Part shown: one piece after another, positions 62,808-64,000 of the stretch
Layout: each line of letters begins with the position of its first letter
How positions within the stretch are numbered: the stretch's first letter is position 1
Origin: Candidatus Omnitrophota bacterium
Lineage (GTDB): Bacteria; Omnitrophota; Gorgyraeia; Duberdicusellales; 4484-171
DNA length: 64,000 bases
Assembly (NCBI GenBank): GCA_021735655.1
Contig: JAIPGM010000002.1
Coordinates: 258,747-322,746 of the forward strand
Reading direction: 5' to 3'
Made by a program: the position numbers and the translations under genes
Notes under the pieces: generated by a model
The model's database searches: none
What the model was told of the DNA's origin: nothing
The model's input: only the letters and a program-made list of their open reading frames with translations

Positions 62808-63857
62808 CTATAAACTTTCAAACTCGACAACGTTTTTAACCTTTCGCAGGGCTACATCTTTAGTGATAATTTTCTTTTTATAAAGCTCTTTTAAGCTTTT
62901 ATCCATTGTATGCATTCCATATTGTGCACCCATCTGAAGCAAAGAAGGAATCTGGGCGATGTCATTCTCTCTAATTAAATTACGTATACCCGGAGTTGAC
63001 ACCATAACCTCAGTAGCAAGAACCCTTCCTGCATTGTCAGCTCTGGGAAGTAGCACCTGAGATAAAACTCCCTGTAAGCATTCAGCTAGTTGAACAGTAA
63101 CTTGACGTTGTTGGTGCGGTGGAAAAACATCGATGATTCTTTGAACTGTCTGGGGAGCATCTGGTGTGTGCAAAGTAGCTAAAACTAGATGTCCAGTTTC
63201 AGCTGCCGTAAGGGTAGTTGAAATAGTATCTAAATCTCTCATCTCACCGACCACGATAACATCAGGATCCTGGCGCAAAATTCGCTTTAAAGCCTCTGGA
63301 AAGGAGTGGGTGTCAGAATATACTTCTCGTTGTTTTATGATACTCTTTTTATTAACGTGAATAAATTCAATCGGATCTTCTACGCAAATAACCATCTCTT
63401 CACGTTCTTTATTGATAAAATCGATCATCGAAGCAAGGGTCGTACTTTTTCCGGTTCCGGTAGGCCCAGTAACTAAAACCAATCCATTAGGCCTTTTAAC
63501 AAAATCATAAACTACATCCGGCAATCCCAAGCTATCAATGGATGGGATTTCCATCGGTACCCGACGCATCGCCGCCTCAACACTACCCTTTTGAATATGA
63601 ACGTTTACTCTATAGCGGTCCATATCCGGCAAGGCAAAGGAAAAATCTAACTCCTTATCTCGTTCAAATAAAGCCTTCTGCTCATTATTAAGCATACTGT
63701 AAATTAAATGCTTAGTTTCCTCACTGTTAAGCGGATCAAACTCACCGATACTTAACTTGCCGTCAACTCGAAAAATAGGAGGATTATCTGCGCTGAGATG
63801 AAGATCGCTCGCCCCTTTATCCTGTGTTTGTTTAAGAAGCTGATTTATATTAACCAT
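62808..63857 (-). CDS. pilT: Type IV pilus retraction ATPase PilT
   Basis: 349 aa. ASDLHL, Walker A GPTGTGKST, Asp box, Walker B (VIVVGEMRD), His box (TGHLVLATLHT) and a PilT-type GMHTMD motif. An AGGAGG Shine-Dalgarno sequence lies upstream. Confidence 0.9.
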   Translation of the reverse strand: MVNINQLLKQTQDKGASDLHLSADNPPIFRVDGKLSIGEFDPLNSEETKHLIYSMLNNEQKALFERDKELDFSFALPDMDRYRVNVHIQKGSVEAAMRRVPMEIPSIDSLGLPDVVYDFVKRPNGLVLVTGPTGTGKSTTLASMIDFINKEREEMVICVEDPIEFIHVNKKSIIKQREVYSDTHSFPEALKRILRQDPDVIVVGEMRDLDTISTTLTAAETGHLVLATLHTPDAPQTVQRIIDVFPPHQQRQVTVQLAECLQGVLSQVLLPRADNAGRVLATEVMVSTPGIRNLIRENDIAQIPSLLQMGAQYGMHTMDKSLKELYKKKIITKDVALRKVKNVVEFESL

Positions 63858-64000
63858 ATTGTCCTCCTATGTTAATTGTCCAGTATATTCTACTCTCAAA
63901 ATATCAAGCCATTTATCGCAAGCCCTACATTAGGCTGGAGATAAATGGTAAACTTTTTTATCAGATTGTAATTTAAAATTACTAAAATCTTCAAATACCC

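Noticed and set aside
1916-63360. About 45 plus-strand ORFs of 60-145 aa in the six-frame track. Examples are 1916..2152, 3198..3395, 6110..6346, 9247..9453, 10020..10307, 19179..19613, 29139..29543, 30684..30953, 40786..41106 and 62076..62336.
   Set aside because: Each lies antisense within a longer minus-strand gene that has clear family motifs. Their translations are low-complexity or Ser/Leu/Ile/Phe/Lys-rich, with no recognisable domains or ribosome-binding sites. These are typical shadow ORFs of an AT-rich genome.
63858-64000. An open minus-strand frame at the window edge that might be the 3' end of another gene upstream of pilT.
   Set aside because: Only about 35 codons are visible and they carry no motif. 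This cannot be distinguished from a non-coding promoter region.
1-64000. Search for CRISPR arrays, rRNA genes, IS elements or transposases, toxin-antitoxin pairs and phage genes.
   Set aside because: No repeat-spacer arrays, no rRNA-like conserved stretches, no transposase or phage-like ORFs, and no terminal inverted repeats were seen. The window looks like core chromosome rather than an accessory island.

Overview
AT-rich bacterial chromosomal window, probably from an uncultivated diderm lineage: it carries LPS core and lipid A genes, a PagL-like protein and a TonB-dependent receptor. The taxon cannot be assigned from sequence alone. About 70 genes are tightly packed, and all but two small ones lie on the minus strand. 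There are no rRNA genes, CRISPR arrays, IS elements or prophage. Reading the minus strand in the direction of transcription, from high to low coordinates, the content is: (1) pilT, a LeuD-like protein, mdh, an Lpd-like flavoprotein, PagL-like, GNAT and an acyl-CoA dehydrogenase. (2) aroK, dprA, topA and xerC. (3) An LPS core / lipid A block with waaA, lpxK, an LpxL-ELM1 fusion, a GT4-GT9 fusion, GT4, a deacetylase and three GT9 genes. (4) A roughly 16 kb, 21-gene operon that starts at a promoter with a perfect Rex operator. It encodes an AsrAB/HydBG-like NAD(P)H module, a group-4 membrane-bound [NiFe] hydrogenase, a complete Mrp antiporter module, a HycI-like protease, a truncated HypA, a HypC-HydE fusion, Rex and a HydG-like radical SAM enzyme. 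(5) Housekeeping genes and lipoproteins, including glyQS, ppdK, a sigma-70 factor, apt and tRNA-Arg(CCU). (6) A cobalamin riboswitch controlling a TonB-dependent receptor. (7) A c-di-GMP themed end region. It holds a STAS-PilZ fusion, a membrane-anchored coiled-coil EF-G fusion of 1069 aa, a REC-GGDEF-MshEN protein, an MscS channel, and a GEMM-I-like leader RNA in front of a Ste24-type M48 protease. The window ends with the 5' end of dinB. The most unusual items are the tethered EF-G paralog, the [FeFe]-type maturases (one fused to HypC) embedded in a [NiFe] hydrogenase operon, and the NAD(P)H-module/Mbh-Mrp combination. All calls come from reading motifs by eye, and no database search was run.
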